DNA from: Schizosaccharomyces osmophilus
Lineage: Eukaryota
Assembly: GCF_027921745.1 (NCBI RefSeq)
Contig: NC_079238.1
Coordinates: 310,001-374,000 of the forward strand
Length of the DNA: 64,000 nt
Direction of reading: 5' to 3'
A program made the position numbers and the translations under genes. Positions within the stretch are counted from its first letter, which is position 1. Each line of letters begins with the position of its first letter. Shown here piece after piece: positions 12,101 through 22,838 of the stretch. Under the pieces are notes generated by a model, which was given only the letters and a program-made list of their open reading frames with translations, was not told where the DNA came from and did not search any database.

Positions 12101-12871
12101 TTCTCTCCATTGCTTTTCGACAAAACCAGTACCTTGCATAACATGAGAAACAGAGGTGTTCATTTCTTCATCTTGGTTCTTTCGTTTTATGTCTTCCATA
12201 ACTTCTTTTACTCCGGATAAAGACAAAACAACAAGCATGGGAGCGATTGTTGTATAACGGTTCATGGGTGTGATTCCTGGGATTTGCTGGATAACAGCAG
12301 TGAACAAAAAGAACAAATTCGAGTATTTGGAAAACTGCTCTCGTAAAAACTTTGGAAGGAAACTGACTGCATTGTACTTGCAAGTGGAGACGATATTGTT
12401 TAAGAAATGGTTGGCAGTATAGTCATTTAAAGTAATGATTCTAGGTCCCAATTCTTTTGGATCTATAGGCTTTTCTTTCTTCTTGAATACCCGCTTTAGA
12501 GATTTCAGTCGTTCGAAAAAGCCATGTCGTCGTTCATGTATATAGTCTTCGTTTTGAATGGGATCTGCGAAATTACGCAAAGGAATCTCAATTTTTCGCA
12601 CATCAGCACCTGTTGCTCTAACGTAAGCGTTGTTAGGATCATTTACTTGATCCATGCGACCTGGTCTGTCATCGCTCAAAAATGGATTCCTTAAATCTTG
12701 TCCAGAAGAAGAAACAAACTGACTTTCAGCACCAAAGATATCCTCAAATTCATCTTTTCCTAAGAACGGATTTTCCTGTGGACCGTCTGTTCGATGAAAT
12801 GTAATGTCTGAGGATAGTGAGTCTTCAGAGTCCCTTGGAGCATTTTTCCTAATTTCTACATTTCTGGACAT
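9104..12871 (-). CDS. drs2: P4-type ATPase phospholipid flippase, Drs2 subfamily
   Basis: 1255 aa; LDGETNLK, FSDKTGTLT, AIGDGANDV, and C-terminal GYAFSQ autoinhibitory motif of Drs2/ATP8A. Confidence 0.93.
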   Translation of the reverse strand: MSRNVEIRKNAPRDSEDSLSSDITFHRTDGPQENPFLGKDEFEDIFGAESQFVSSSGQDLRNPFLSDDRPGRMDQVNDPNNAYVRATGADVRKIEIPLRNFADPIQNEDYIHERRHGFFERLKSLKRVFKKKEKPIDPKELGPRIITLNDYTANHFLNNIVSTCKYNAVSFLPKFLREQFSKYSNLFFLFTAVIQQIPGITPMNRYTTIAPMLVVLSLSGVKEVMEDIKRKNQDEEMNTSVSHVMQGTGFVEKQWREVQVGDIVKVVSETFFPADLILLSSSEPEGLCYIETANLDGETNLKVKQALPETSNLLKPIELSQLEGTVKSEQPNNSLYTYDATLKLLPNDRELPLGPEQLLLRGAQLRNTHWVYGVVVFTGHETKLMKNTTETPIKRTAVEKQVNTQILYLLFIFVFLCFCSSLGSLIQRSVYGSAFSYLLITTSRGGEFFKQLLTFWILYSNLVPISLFVTFELVRYVQAQLISSDLDMYNEETDVPAACRTSSLVEELGQVGYIFSDKTGTLTRNQMDFRQCSIAGLAYADVVPEDRQYSEELDPDMIIYDFSTLKKNLDSSNGDLIHHFLLVLSICQTVIPEFDETSNSMKYQASSPDEGALVKGAVSIGYEFIARKPRYVTVRLFDKEETYELLNICEFNSTRKRMSIVFRCPDGKIRLYIKGADTVILDRLVGDCPYLTTTIHHLEDYATVGLRTLCIAMREISDYDYQRWATIYEAASTSLVDRAQKLMDAAEMIEKDLTLLGATAIEDRLQDGVPDTISTLQTAGIKIWVLTGDRQETAINIGMSCKLIDEDMGLVIVNEQTKEATAESIMSKLSSIYRNEHNSGNIESMALIIDGVSLTFALERSLERRFFELASLCRAVICCRVSPLQKALVVKMVKRNTDSILLAIGDGANDVPMIQAANIGVGISGMEGLQAVRSSDFSISQFCYLRKLLLVHGSWCYQRLSKLILFSFYKNVALYMTQFWFAFCNAFSGQVTYESWSISLYNVLFTVLPPIVIGIFDQYVSASQLYQYPQLYQLGQRGEFFNLKRFWAWIANGFYHSLLLFLCSIAVFDSDGPNSNGPTSGHWVWGTTLYAMILATVLGKAALISNHWTYYMVIATLGSFVFWLVFMPIYAVVAPAIGFSKEFKGIIPYLHGNLKFWASLFVFPTFALMRDFVWKYSSRMYYPEEYHYVQEIQKYNITDYRPRMIGFHKAIRKIRQMQRMRKQRGYAFSQGEEDQSRILDAYDTTHVRGAYGEMR

Positions 12872-13207
12872 TGATTGAAGATAAGTATCGTAAGAAAAAC
12901 CAAAGGCTTGGTAGGTTCCTCACAAAGCAACCTGTGGTTGTACAATATCAATAGTTGCTAAAATCGTCGTCGTCTTCTGGAAAAAAAAGAGTCCAGTTTC
13001 TGTTGGCCAACTTGAATTGAATACGAAAAGTGAATGTGAAGAAAACAAGTAATCAACCCGTTTTCTTGTTGTATTTGCGATGGTGGGAAGGGACGAACTA
13101 CGGGTGTCAGTGTAAGCCGCAAGTGCTGGTCAGCGCGCGTAAACAAAAGGGTACCTGGTACTATTTTTAATGCATTATTACTCTTATTAACAACGTTTGG
13201 GTTACTT

Positions 13208-13233
13208 AAAAAAAAAAAAAAAAAAAAAAAAAA
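13208..13233. repeat. Poly(dA) tract, 26 nt (others: A23 at 43865-43887, T21 at 51340-51360)
   Basis: Direct reading of the sequence. Confidence 0.9.
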
Positions 13234-13401
13234 TAAGAAATGAAATGTACTTTATAAATATGCTATCCTGACTCTATGAACTTTACTGAAATGTGCCAAA
13301 AGCATCTAAAACTCCAGTAGGACACAACTACTGTAGCTCTAACTCCTTAAATTTATAAACGCTTTGCAAAAAGAAGAATTAGATCCATTTCATATTCGAT
13401 A

Positions 13402-13540
13402 TCATGTATTGATGCTCGTAGGGATTTACTTGAATAGAATGGCCAAGCAATCCGATATATCATCAATTTTTTCTTGCTAGGTCTTAGCAACCTTTACAAG
13501 GTAAGAAACAATCCTTGTAAAGGTGAATAAACTAGCTTTG
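13402..13540 (-). ncRNA. Box H/ACA snoRNA with two pseudouridylation pockets (predicted 18S rRNA guide)
   Basis: Hairpin 1 (13476-13536): 5-bp lower stem, internal loop, 12-bp perfect upper stem. H box AGAAAA 13474-13469. Hairpin 2 (13408-13467). ACA at 13407-13405. Pocket-to-box distances 15 and 14 nt. Confidence 0.82.
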
Positions 13541-13716
13541 GGTTTCATTCATCACTTTCTACAACAAACGTGTTTCATGCTTCTTACTTCTTCAAAACGC
13601 GGTTCAACATAAATACTTATTGCATATAAAATTGCTTCTTCAATATTTATAATTGGTAGTTGGTAAAAGCAGAGAGCGCGTCAAGCCTTTATGTAGTGAA
13701 ATACATAAAGGGCATT

Positions 13717-13726
13717 AGGGTAGGGT
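13717..13726. promoter_or_regulatory. Homol E box upstream of the snoRNA
   Basis: Perfect AGGGTAGGGT about 180 nt upstream of the predicted snoRNA 5' end; GTAAACAAAC at 13749. Confidence 0.55.
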
Positions 13727-13880
13727 ATATTTAAAACGATAATATGATGTAAACAAACAAATCGGAAAAGAAAACAAGATTCTTTTCTCTTTTTGTTAAT
13801 GCGTTCAACCGGACAATAAAAGATACTTTTTTTATTATCAAAATCCCTAACAAAACCGGTTTAGTTCGAAATTTGCGTTA

Positions 13881-15265
13881 TTATTGAAATAAATAATCAA
13901 ACTGATTTTTTGTATGCTGATCAGCATAAGCCAAGAAGCTAAAAAACCTGCGACTGTTAGTTTAAATAAAGAAAACAAAACTTACATCTTTTCTTTCTTC
14001 TCCAAGTGGATAATGTCTGGATATATGACTTCCTTTTTGAGATTTTCCATTTGGTCTTTATAGTTGACAAGATCTATTTTGAAATAATTTTCATCATGTA
14101 GGGACTTGTTATAGGAGGAATAATTAATATCCTTCAAAACCAACACATGTCCAGGACTTTTGCTTATATTCATAGACACGTCGGGTGAAAGAGATTTTGT
14201 AAGGACGTCTAAACTTGCGCAACTTCGTATAACCATTAGAGCATGAGCCATCATTTTACGAATTTGATTTAGCATAAAGGAATTTCCCCGAATCGTTACT
14301 GGAATCCACTCCCATTTCTCATAGACGAATGGTTTGCCGCAATCGATTGATTCAATAATCCGATAGTTACTAGGCGCCTTTGGATCTTGAGTGATTGTAA
14401 AGTTATGAAAGTTGTGCTTTCCTAAATATAGCTGAAGGACTTCCTGAAGTAATTGTAGGCGGTCTTCAGTAACTCGGTAGTTCATGCAATAGTAATGGTC
14501 GGCGAGTTTTTGAGCCTTCTTCAGTTTGGCTTCGTTGGGGATTTTTATGTGTGCAGGAATAGGTTTTTCTGGAAACATTCCAATAAACGGATTGGTAAAT
14601 GTTTCAGGATCTTTTTCAAATTCGTTTTGAAGCTCTTTTCGTCTATTTTCCACTTGGTCCCAAAATGGTCTCGTTTGGGTGGTAGAAGACAACAATAGAT
14701 TATCTAATTCATTTTCTGGCTCCCTTTTTATATTATTTTGCGATTTTCGGAACAATGGCGTCGAATCTTTTGGAGGTATCAATGCAAACGACGGAATCAG
14801 ATACTCATACGTACGGGATTCACAAGAGATTCTTGGATTAAAGTACTTCTGTACTTTGAATACATCCCACACGCGAATTTGTCTGCTCAATTTTTCATTC
14901 AGCTGTTCGCGCAATTTCGATGGATTTACGGAATCTTGGATAAACACATTTAAAGAAACAAGGTTTCCAAGAGTGTGGACTCCTTTGTCTGTCCTTGCAG
15001 ATCTGGCAATCACAAATTGATTTTCATCTATTGTGCCTTTTCCTAGATATCCCAAATCTTGCAAAGCATGCACAATGTCTCCTTCAACCGTCTTTAAAGG
15101 CTCATTGATTTGAATTCCATGGTAACCGAATCCTGAATACCCCAATAATATCACAATCCTCTCTTGAATAGCTTCCTCACCGACACTTTTTTCAGTAGCG
15201 GATTTCTTTACATGTTCACTACTTGGAGCAAGCGATTCATCTTCAATTTTTCTTTTTTCAGCCAT
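13881..15265 (-). CDS. pus2: tRNA pseudouridine synthase (TruA/Pus1 family) Pus2, 2 exons
   Basis: Exons 15265-13986 and 13947-13881 (38-nt intron GTAAG..CTAAC..CAG). Motifs GYSGFGYHGIQ, SARTDKGVH, GNSFMLNQIRKM; spliced end MFFSFLAYADQHTKNQFDYLFQ*. Confidence 0.9.
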
Positions 15266-16153
15266 ACCACCAGGTTAGACTCCTTCTCTATTTAGAATAT
15301 GAAATGAAAGAAACTTGGGGTATGATTTTTGTAGTAAAGAAAGTCTACAAGTCAGGTATGGACCAGATGGAATTATTGGATTCAAATGAGAGATGTAAGT
15401 CTTAGCTACTACTTTTGTTTTAACTCAAACAGTACTTCAGTATACTAAAAGCTGGGCAAAACAGAGGATAAATATATTAAGACAATGAGTTATTTTGACT
15501 TTAATACAAAACGTATGGCAATTTATGCCAAAGCAAAACAACAGAAACATATCGAATATTGCTTAAAATCATACACTAGAGGGTATTGTTATTTGATTAG
15601 GAAAGAAATAGAGAAAACCAAAACACTCAAACCAAGATTAAAAACAAAGTAGTACCCATTGAAAATGTAAACAGAATTAGGATATTTATACAAACCAAAA
15701 TGACATCCATTTCTCGGTTAGGTAGACTTGTTGGTCCAATTAATCAAAACTGAATGGTTAATTCATCTAGACGACCTTACTAGTAGGTAGAATACTTTTT
15801 AATTGAAAGTCATCTCTGTTATAAGTGTTTTCTTAGGTAGGGTACTCCGCTCTATTATGAGAGTGCTCCACAATAGTAGTCGCTTGCCAAATAACAGTCT
15901 GGTAAATAAGCACAATAATTTGTTTCATTAAATATGACAAAACGTGAACCGTTGAAATAGTTTCTAGTAACAAAAAATAAATTATAAGCAAAATCAGTCA
16001 AGACATCGTTTGTAACCAGAAATTAGCAAAAATAAAATTAACAAGTAATAGAAAATAGAAATATATACATATGTGTATATAGAGATATATATCACAATGC
16101 CTGATGGATCCCACTTTTGCGAATTAATAGAGAAAAAGAGAGAAAAAAAAAAA

Positions 16154-17713
16154 TTAATGACCGCGGAAACGCCGCCATCTGTTCCAGTCAATCAGTGCTT
16201 GCATGCAACCCCATTCCGTAATCTTCTTTTCGAGCCATACCAATGACACTGGCTTCGTTAAAAAATCATTACAGCCTGCTGCTAAAGCTTCATTTCGATC
16301 AGCCATCAAACTGGAAGCTGTTAAGGCAACAATAATAACTGGAGACTGGAACTTATCGGGCGGTAAAAGTTCTTCCTCAGGAATGGGTTCTGTAGGTTTC
16401 TGAGCGACAAGACCTATCGCATTAAGACGCTCCAGTCGTCGAATCTCTTTGGTGACATCTATGCCCGATAATGTTGGAAGTTGGATATCCATTAAAATTA
16501 AATGAAAAGATTTCTTTTTCCACTTTTCTAAAGCTTCCAGACCATCTTTAGCAACTTCAGAAGAAATATTACGTTTTTTCATGAAGGCTTCAAGGATTTT
16601 CTGATTAATAATGTTGTCTTCAACAATTAGAACCTCAATGGGAGGAATGACACCTTCAAGCAAACTGGTAAAAGTCGTTTTGCCAGACATGGGGCCCGTT
16701 CCGAGTATATTTACAGGAGAGTTGGTTATACTGTCGCCAGGATTATCGGAATAACTCAACTGAGGTAGTTCAGTAGGTTTGATCAACGTTTCTGGAACAG
16801 TCATTCCCGAAGCATCATCTACGGTGGAATTGGTCACCTTCTGTTGAGTATTCATAGACGAAGCATCGTCAACCAAGGTATTTTGAAAAGGAGACGAATT
16901 GGGACTAGCGGATAAAGAATCACCGTTACTCTGACGTGTCTCTAGATGCTTCGTTTGTTCTTCCTTGACTGTACCAGCAGAACCAACAGACGAATTGGAC
17001 GTCTGCTTGGAAACGGCATTGACTGCAGAATGTGATCTTTCATTGGGAGCATGATCCAATACACCAGAGCGACTAGTATTGCTTTGTTGTCGAGAATAGC
17101 GAGGTAAAAGTAGAACTCCGGGTTTATTAACGAGTGTATTTGAACGAGTTCTTCCTAAAGAACGACTATTAGGTGTTGCCATACCGGACCCCTTGTATAA
17201 ATAAGGGTTACTTGGTGCTCGATGGAGAGAATGATTAGAAGGAGATTCTGAATGTTCAGAAACGGAGGAATGTCTGCAATGAGAACTTGAATCAGTTATT
17301 GAGTTGGGGAGTTGGGAGGCGGATGATTGGTCACATAGGCTATTGTTCGTAGTTATTTCATAGCTGTTTGACCTTGAGGATGGCAATGAGCCGCCATGTA
17401 ATTGAGCCTGTGTGAAAGGAACGGTTGGAGCACTCACCAAAAGCGCATCATCCATAGTTTGACCGTGAGGAAAGTAGTAATTCATGACCAATAGCATATT
17501 ATCATTTGGCTCAAGATCTCTAAATTGAGTCTCGTTAGCGCCGTTTTTTGGAATAATAAGGCGAATATTTAGTTCTGGCGCATCAACGTGTTGCCCGATC
17601 CGTAAAGGGAATTTTTGAGTAATTGCATCTTTTAAATCATCCACTAGACTTTCCTCGCTTACGAGAACGGAGCTTATAACTCCATCTGGAAGTTTTTTAA
17701 ACCAAACTCGCAT
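16154..17713 (-). CDS. mcs4: Two-component response regulator Mcs4 (Ssk1 ortholog)
   Basis: 519 aa; receiver domain VLIVEDN, LILMDIQLP, VALTAS, DFLTKPV. Confidence 0.96.
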   Translation of the reverse strand: MRVWFKKLPDGVISSVLVSEESLVDDLKDAITQKFPLRIGQHVDAPELNIRLIIPKNGANETQFRDLEPNDNMLLVMNYYFPHGQTMDDALLVSAPTVPFTQAQLHGGSLPSSRSNSYEITTNNSLCDQSSASQLPNSITDSSSHCRHSSVSEHSESPSNHSLHRAPSNPYLYKGSGMATPNSRSLGRTRSNTLVNKPGVLLLPRYSRQQSNTSRSGVLDHAPNERSHSAVNAVSKQTSNSSVGSAGTVKEEQTKHLETRQSNGDSLSASPNSSPFQNTLVDDASSMNTQQKVTNSTVDDASGMTVPETLIKPTELPQLSYSDNPGDSITNSPVNILGTGPMSGKTTFTSLLEGVIPPIEVLIVEDNIINQKILEAFMKKRNISSEVAKDGLEALEKWKKKSFHLILMDIQLPTLSGIDVTKEIRRLERLNAIGLVAQKPTEPIPEEELLPPDKFQSPVIIVALTASSLMADRNEALAAGCNDFLTKPVSLVWLEKKITEWGCMQALIDWNRWRRFRGH

Positions 17714-19063
17714 TAGTTTTCTCTAATAATGGACCTTGGCTTTCTTGGCTTTTGTAGAAGGGTAATAAACGAGTTATCAAGAACTTGCCACCATTTATTC
17801 CTGGATATAGGTCTTGGTTTTTTAATTATAACAATGTTTCTTGGAACAAAAACGAAAAAGAGAAAGTAAAGCAGAAAAACCAAGAAAAGACGAAATGGAT
17901 GGTTGGCTCGTTGTATGCTTCATTTAACGTCCATTGTCTTCTCCGACGAATAAGTAACCGTATCGTTACTTTTGAGCGAACGTTTTATCCACATTCGATG
18001 AGATTATATTAGCGTACAGAATGGCATGCTTTTGTTACTTTGTATAATTTTAAGGAGTATGTTTCAGCGGTATAACAAAATTTGAAACAAAGGATTCTGC
18101 TGAAAGAAGGGCTATATATGGGAAACAAATGAACATAGATGTGTAGAGGATCTTTGTTTCTAATAGGGTGAGCTTAAGGTGTATCCTGTAATTCATAAAG
18201 GCCATCTAATGAAGACTGCTGAGGCGGTAGTACCCATATTATGAACGTTTGCAAGCGCAAACAAGAAAAAGAGTTTACCAAAAGACAATTTATACTTGTT
18301 CATTTATAGTACTGACGCTAGACATGGCTGCGCATTGATGCGTTGTGATGGGTTACTCATTGTTTTTAAGTAAACAATGTTTGCTTTTCTAAAGAAACAA
18401 ATTAGTTACAAGCGTAAGCAGATGCATTTTTGTCAATTAATTCTTCTTTTTCATGTTTATAGGAATTTTTTTGGGAAGGCGTATGCTGTCAATGATCAAT
18501 GTAAATAGAAAACATATCTTGTTTTGTAGCAGTTCAAAGAACGTCAAGAATACATATAGTTATTTTTCCCTTTCCCTTTCCTTTTTAAGTTTCTTTTTTA
18601 TTTTATATAGAATCCAATGGCACGTCTTGGCTAGACTCAATAATTAATAATCCCGAAATGCATTCTCGTAGCTATTTAGTGGAGGAGCATGATGGAAACG
18701 AAAATGTTCTTGTAACAGCGAATCACTCTTTAACATTGATCGCAACGATTTTTTGAGAGCAATCCCCTTGCTGTACATATTGACTTTCATAGACTCTTCA
18801 GAGAAATCATATCCACTTTTATCAAAGGAAAACAAATGAGCCAAACAAACTACAAAAATAGCAACCCTTCACTTTAACTCGTACAACTCTACCAATGCTG
18901 CCACCCTTCTATTCTTTTACAGGATACACTTTCTATCATTTCAAGACTACTATTCCCTACACTACGGCACCATCACGAGACAGCCTTGTCTTTGCACCCA
19001 CAGTCATTTTCTATTTATGTAATTTTTGTTTTTCTATACGAGCTAACGTGTTTTTAAGATCAT

Positions 19064-19652
19064 TTACTCTTCATCTTCCAACAAAGAGTAAGCAATACGA
19101 TCCAAGTCACGTTGACCTTGTTGAGAGATGCGACGGCCACCGTTGTCAGACTTTTCAAGGACACCAATCTTTTCTAAGCTTTGGATGACCTTGCGTTGGA
19201 CGCTACCGGATCCATCACGGTGGTGAGAAGGACGCATGCCACGGTTGACAGAGCCACCATAAACCTTGCAAAGACGGCCAACACCGACTTGCTTACGGAG
19301 GTAGATATGGCGAGCAATGGCGGCAGCACGAACAAAGTACCAATCAGGGTCGTAGGGAGCCAACTCCTTATGGGTACCGGTCTTAGCAATGTCAATCCAT
19401 TGGGGAGTGGCCATTTTGCCTAAATAAAATATGTTAATTTCCTTATTCCTTATTTCTTTACCATTAAAACATTCAAACTAAAAAGTTCCAAGAAATGAGT
19501 CATGTATCACTTCAACCAAGGGTTTTGCAATCCTTGCTCATACGACTTCACTCTTTTGCTCGTTCTTTTCACATACCTGATCTCTTTAAGAAAGCAGAAT
19601 AAGCGGTAACAAACCGTTGAGCATCAACGTCCTTAACAGATACACCTGCCAT
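19064..19652 (-). CDS. rps1902: 40S ribosomal protein S19 (eS19), 2 exons
   Basis: Exons 19652-19577 (MAGVSVKDVDAQRFVTAYSAFLKRSG) and 19419-19064; 157-nt intron GTATGT..TTAAC..TAG. Paralog number inferred from position next to klp6. Confidence 0.93.
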
Positions 19653-19948
19653 TATTTTGAATTTTATGCGTGGGTGAAGATAATCAAGTTTTCCCCTACC
19701 ACAAATTTCTGTTTCCCATTGCTAGCCTCCAAACATTAAGTGACTGCTATTTCATAAAATACAAGATACGATAGAAATGAATATATAAAATAAATAAATA
19801 CAATTTTTTAAATACAATGATCAAAAAATATATGTACCTTTTATAACTCGAAGCTTTGTTTACATTTCCATCTTCTACTATACTAGTTAAGTGCTTGTCT
19901 TCCATCTACCCAAATTCCTTATTTTGGGCAAATTCTTTATGGTTTGCC

Positions 19949-22323
19949 ATGAAAAACAATTCTTCAATATTCGTAGCAGGTAGGTTTATCGTACCTGACA
20001 GAATTGCTAACTTTCAGTGCGAGTGAGGCCGTTTACCGAGCAAGAACAAGAATTTTTGGTTGAAACACCAAATTCAGCAGAATATCTTGGTGATGGTTCC
20101 CTTGCTGGAGCAAAGTCTTCCTCCGGTTTCTCCGAACAGTCAAGAAAACGAGGGATCCGTCGCATCGTACGCGTCTTGGATAATAATGTATTAGTGTTTG
20201 ATCCTCCAGAAGAAAATCCACTAGCTGGCGTGCAAAAATCTATCCTTTCTGCTGGTAAGCGATTTCGGGACCTTCGATTCGCCTTTGATAGACTATTTCA
20301 CGACACTGCTACGCAGGAAGAGGTATACCAGGGAACTACAAAATCATTGTTAGACAGTGTGCTTGATGGGTACAATGCTACTGTGTTTGCTTATGGCGCT
20401 ACTGGGTGCGGGAAAACGCATACCATTAGTGGTGAGCCCAATGACCCTGGCATCATATTTCTTACCATGCGCGAGTTGCTGACTCGAATTGAAAATGTCA
20501 AGGCTACCATGAACGTTGAGCTTTCGGTATCTTACTTGGAAATCTATAATGAAAAGATTCGTGATCTGCTTTCCCAAGATCCAACGTCTTTAGTAACTCC
20601 CAAGTCGTTGACTATCCGAGAAGATGCTGACCAAAACATTTCGGTTCCGGGTCTTACATGCTTTTCACCAAAGGATTTGGAAGAGGTAATGGATATTATC
20701 GTACGTGGCAACAACAATCGGACTATGTCCCCTACTGAGGCAAATGCAGTTTCTTCACGATCCCATGCCGTTCTACAAATTTACGTTCACCAAACTCCTC
20801 GGTCCAACCCTGATGGAAAAAAATTGCACTCAGTTTTTTCGTTTATTGATTTAGCAGGTTCTGAACGAGCCAGTGCGACAAAGAACCGAGGCGACCGTTT
20901 AGTAGAAGGTGCCAACATAAACCGTTCCTTACTAGCATTAGGGAATTGTATCAATTCTCTTTGCGACCAACGTCGTCGACAACATATTCCTTACAGGGAC
21001 TCAAAGCTCACACGACTGCTCAAATTTAGTCTTGGGGGAAACTGTAAAACTGTAATGATTGTGTGCGTTTCACCTTCTTCGCAACATTACGATGAAACCC
21101 ATAATACGCTCAAATATGGAAATCGAGCTAAAAACATAAAAACGAAGGTTTCCCGAAACACTATTAGCGTGGATCGACACGTTAGTGAATATGTTCGAGT
21201 TATCTATGAGCTTCGACAGCGTGTATCGTTTTTACAAAAGCGGATTTCAGAGGAATCCAATCAATTTCTCTCTTCGAAAGAAGCTCGGAAAATATCTTCT
21301 CGAGAAGTTCGGATGCTAGAAGCTCGGAACATCTTGAAAGCCTCTTTTGATGGATCTCGGGATTTACAAAAAGAACTCATACACAACGTCCGTACCCTTA
21401 GAAAGCTGGAAGACGAAATTCTTCTTTCCCAATTTTGGATAGCGCAAGCAGAAAACCATGAGGCAATTCCGAAAAAAGAGCTGGATTCGATGAAAACCCG
21501 ACTTGAACAACTTTACTCCGAACGCACTGTGATTTTCTCGAAGGTTAATCCTGATGAAATCTGCAAAACATTTTTGAACAGTATTTCTCACATTATAGCT
21601 TCGTTTAAAGCCGAAGGTGATGATTTGTATGCTGATATGCTTCAAGACGAAGTTGATCTTTTAAAGTCCATTGTTGAAAACCAAATTTTGGACGTTAGGT
21701 CGGAAGCAGAGTCTCTTTCTATTGTTACAAAGAAAATGATGCAAAACATGTTTTCATTAATTCCTTTACTCCCTGAGGAGGCTGTCGATACGAACGAATA
21801 TCTTGCAAATGCTTTCGATCAACTGGTCGGTATTTCCCCTTCGACGACACAGTTCGAAGTTACGAAATATCTCCCTTTATCGAAGCAGGTTGGGCTGACT
21901 TATGCAAATGATCTTCCACAATCACCAAGCAGGTTCAAAGCTCGTTCACCCACTAAAGCAGCTCGTGTTTTGAAAAAGCCATTAAAAAAACGTGTCCGTT
22001 TTAGTGAGATGCCTTTAGGAAGCCCTGTAGCAGCCTCCAAGTCAAAAACGAAACCTAAGCGATGGGCTCTAGATCCTTTTAAAAATAAGCCTTCTCGATT
22101 TCGGTTGGGATCGTCGATGCGTCGAGCTGGTAGTCCATCTTCACCAACCAAAAATGCTTCAGCACCTCAAACTAATTCGGATTCAAATTTAATGCCTCCC
22201 CCATCTACCATGCACTTTCCTAGACGCGATTCCCTTTTAAAGCTCAACCCTGAAGCAATAGCAAGTCGTCGAACATCGCTTGTAATGCAACCTCTTCTAA
22301 AAAATCCAGAGAAGAAAAGTTAG
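19949..22323 (+). CDS. klp6: Kinesin-8 Klp6, 2 exons
   Basis: Exon 19949-19979 (MKNNSSIFVA), 38-nt intron GTAGGT..CTAAC..CAG, exon 20018-22323. Motifs GATGCGKT, SSRSH, DLAGSER. Confidence 0.93.
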
Positions 22324-22838
22324 TTTACAATTTGATTATGGAAACCCTAACATGAGAAACGCAACCGTCACGATTATGCTTGTTGCATCCTCATCCACGC
22401 TCTTTCTAATGATTCTTTATTTTTTGTGTCATTTTACCGTTTCCCGCTATAATGATCTACCATTCCTTTCTTTCCTTGTTTTCTTTTCTTTTTTGATGAA
22501 CTAATTTAATGCACTAATTCAAATAATACACGCAGTTTTATGATTTTGTTCAGCTAAACCTTTTGTTCGTATTGCAAACGAGAAGTAATCTACAATGATC
22601 TCACAAACAATAAAAAATTTCTCTACTAAAACAGTGTAAAAGCTTTCCTTTGTTCAATCATGCAGCCTTTCATATTCGATTGCTTTGAATCACTGAATTT
22701 CCTATGTAAACAAAAGTAACATTGTTCCTCGGGCAATGACTTCAAGGAGATTAAACACGTAGACGCATCCAAAGTGCCAAAGGTGAGAAAAGGAAGAGAA
22801 TTGGGATTTTATGAGCTTTTTTACCTTAAAATTTGAAA

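Noticed and set aside
13549..13555. Box C-like GTGATGA (minus strand) just 5' of the snoRNA
   Set aside because: No matching CTGA box D downstream; the H/ACA architecture explains the region.
15700..15845. Possible second snoRNA after a Homol E-like AGGTAGGGT (15835-15843)
   Set aside because: Only one weak AT-rich stem; no hairpin-H-hairpin-ACA layout.
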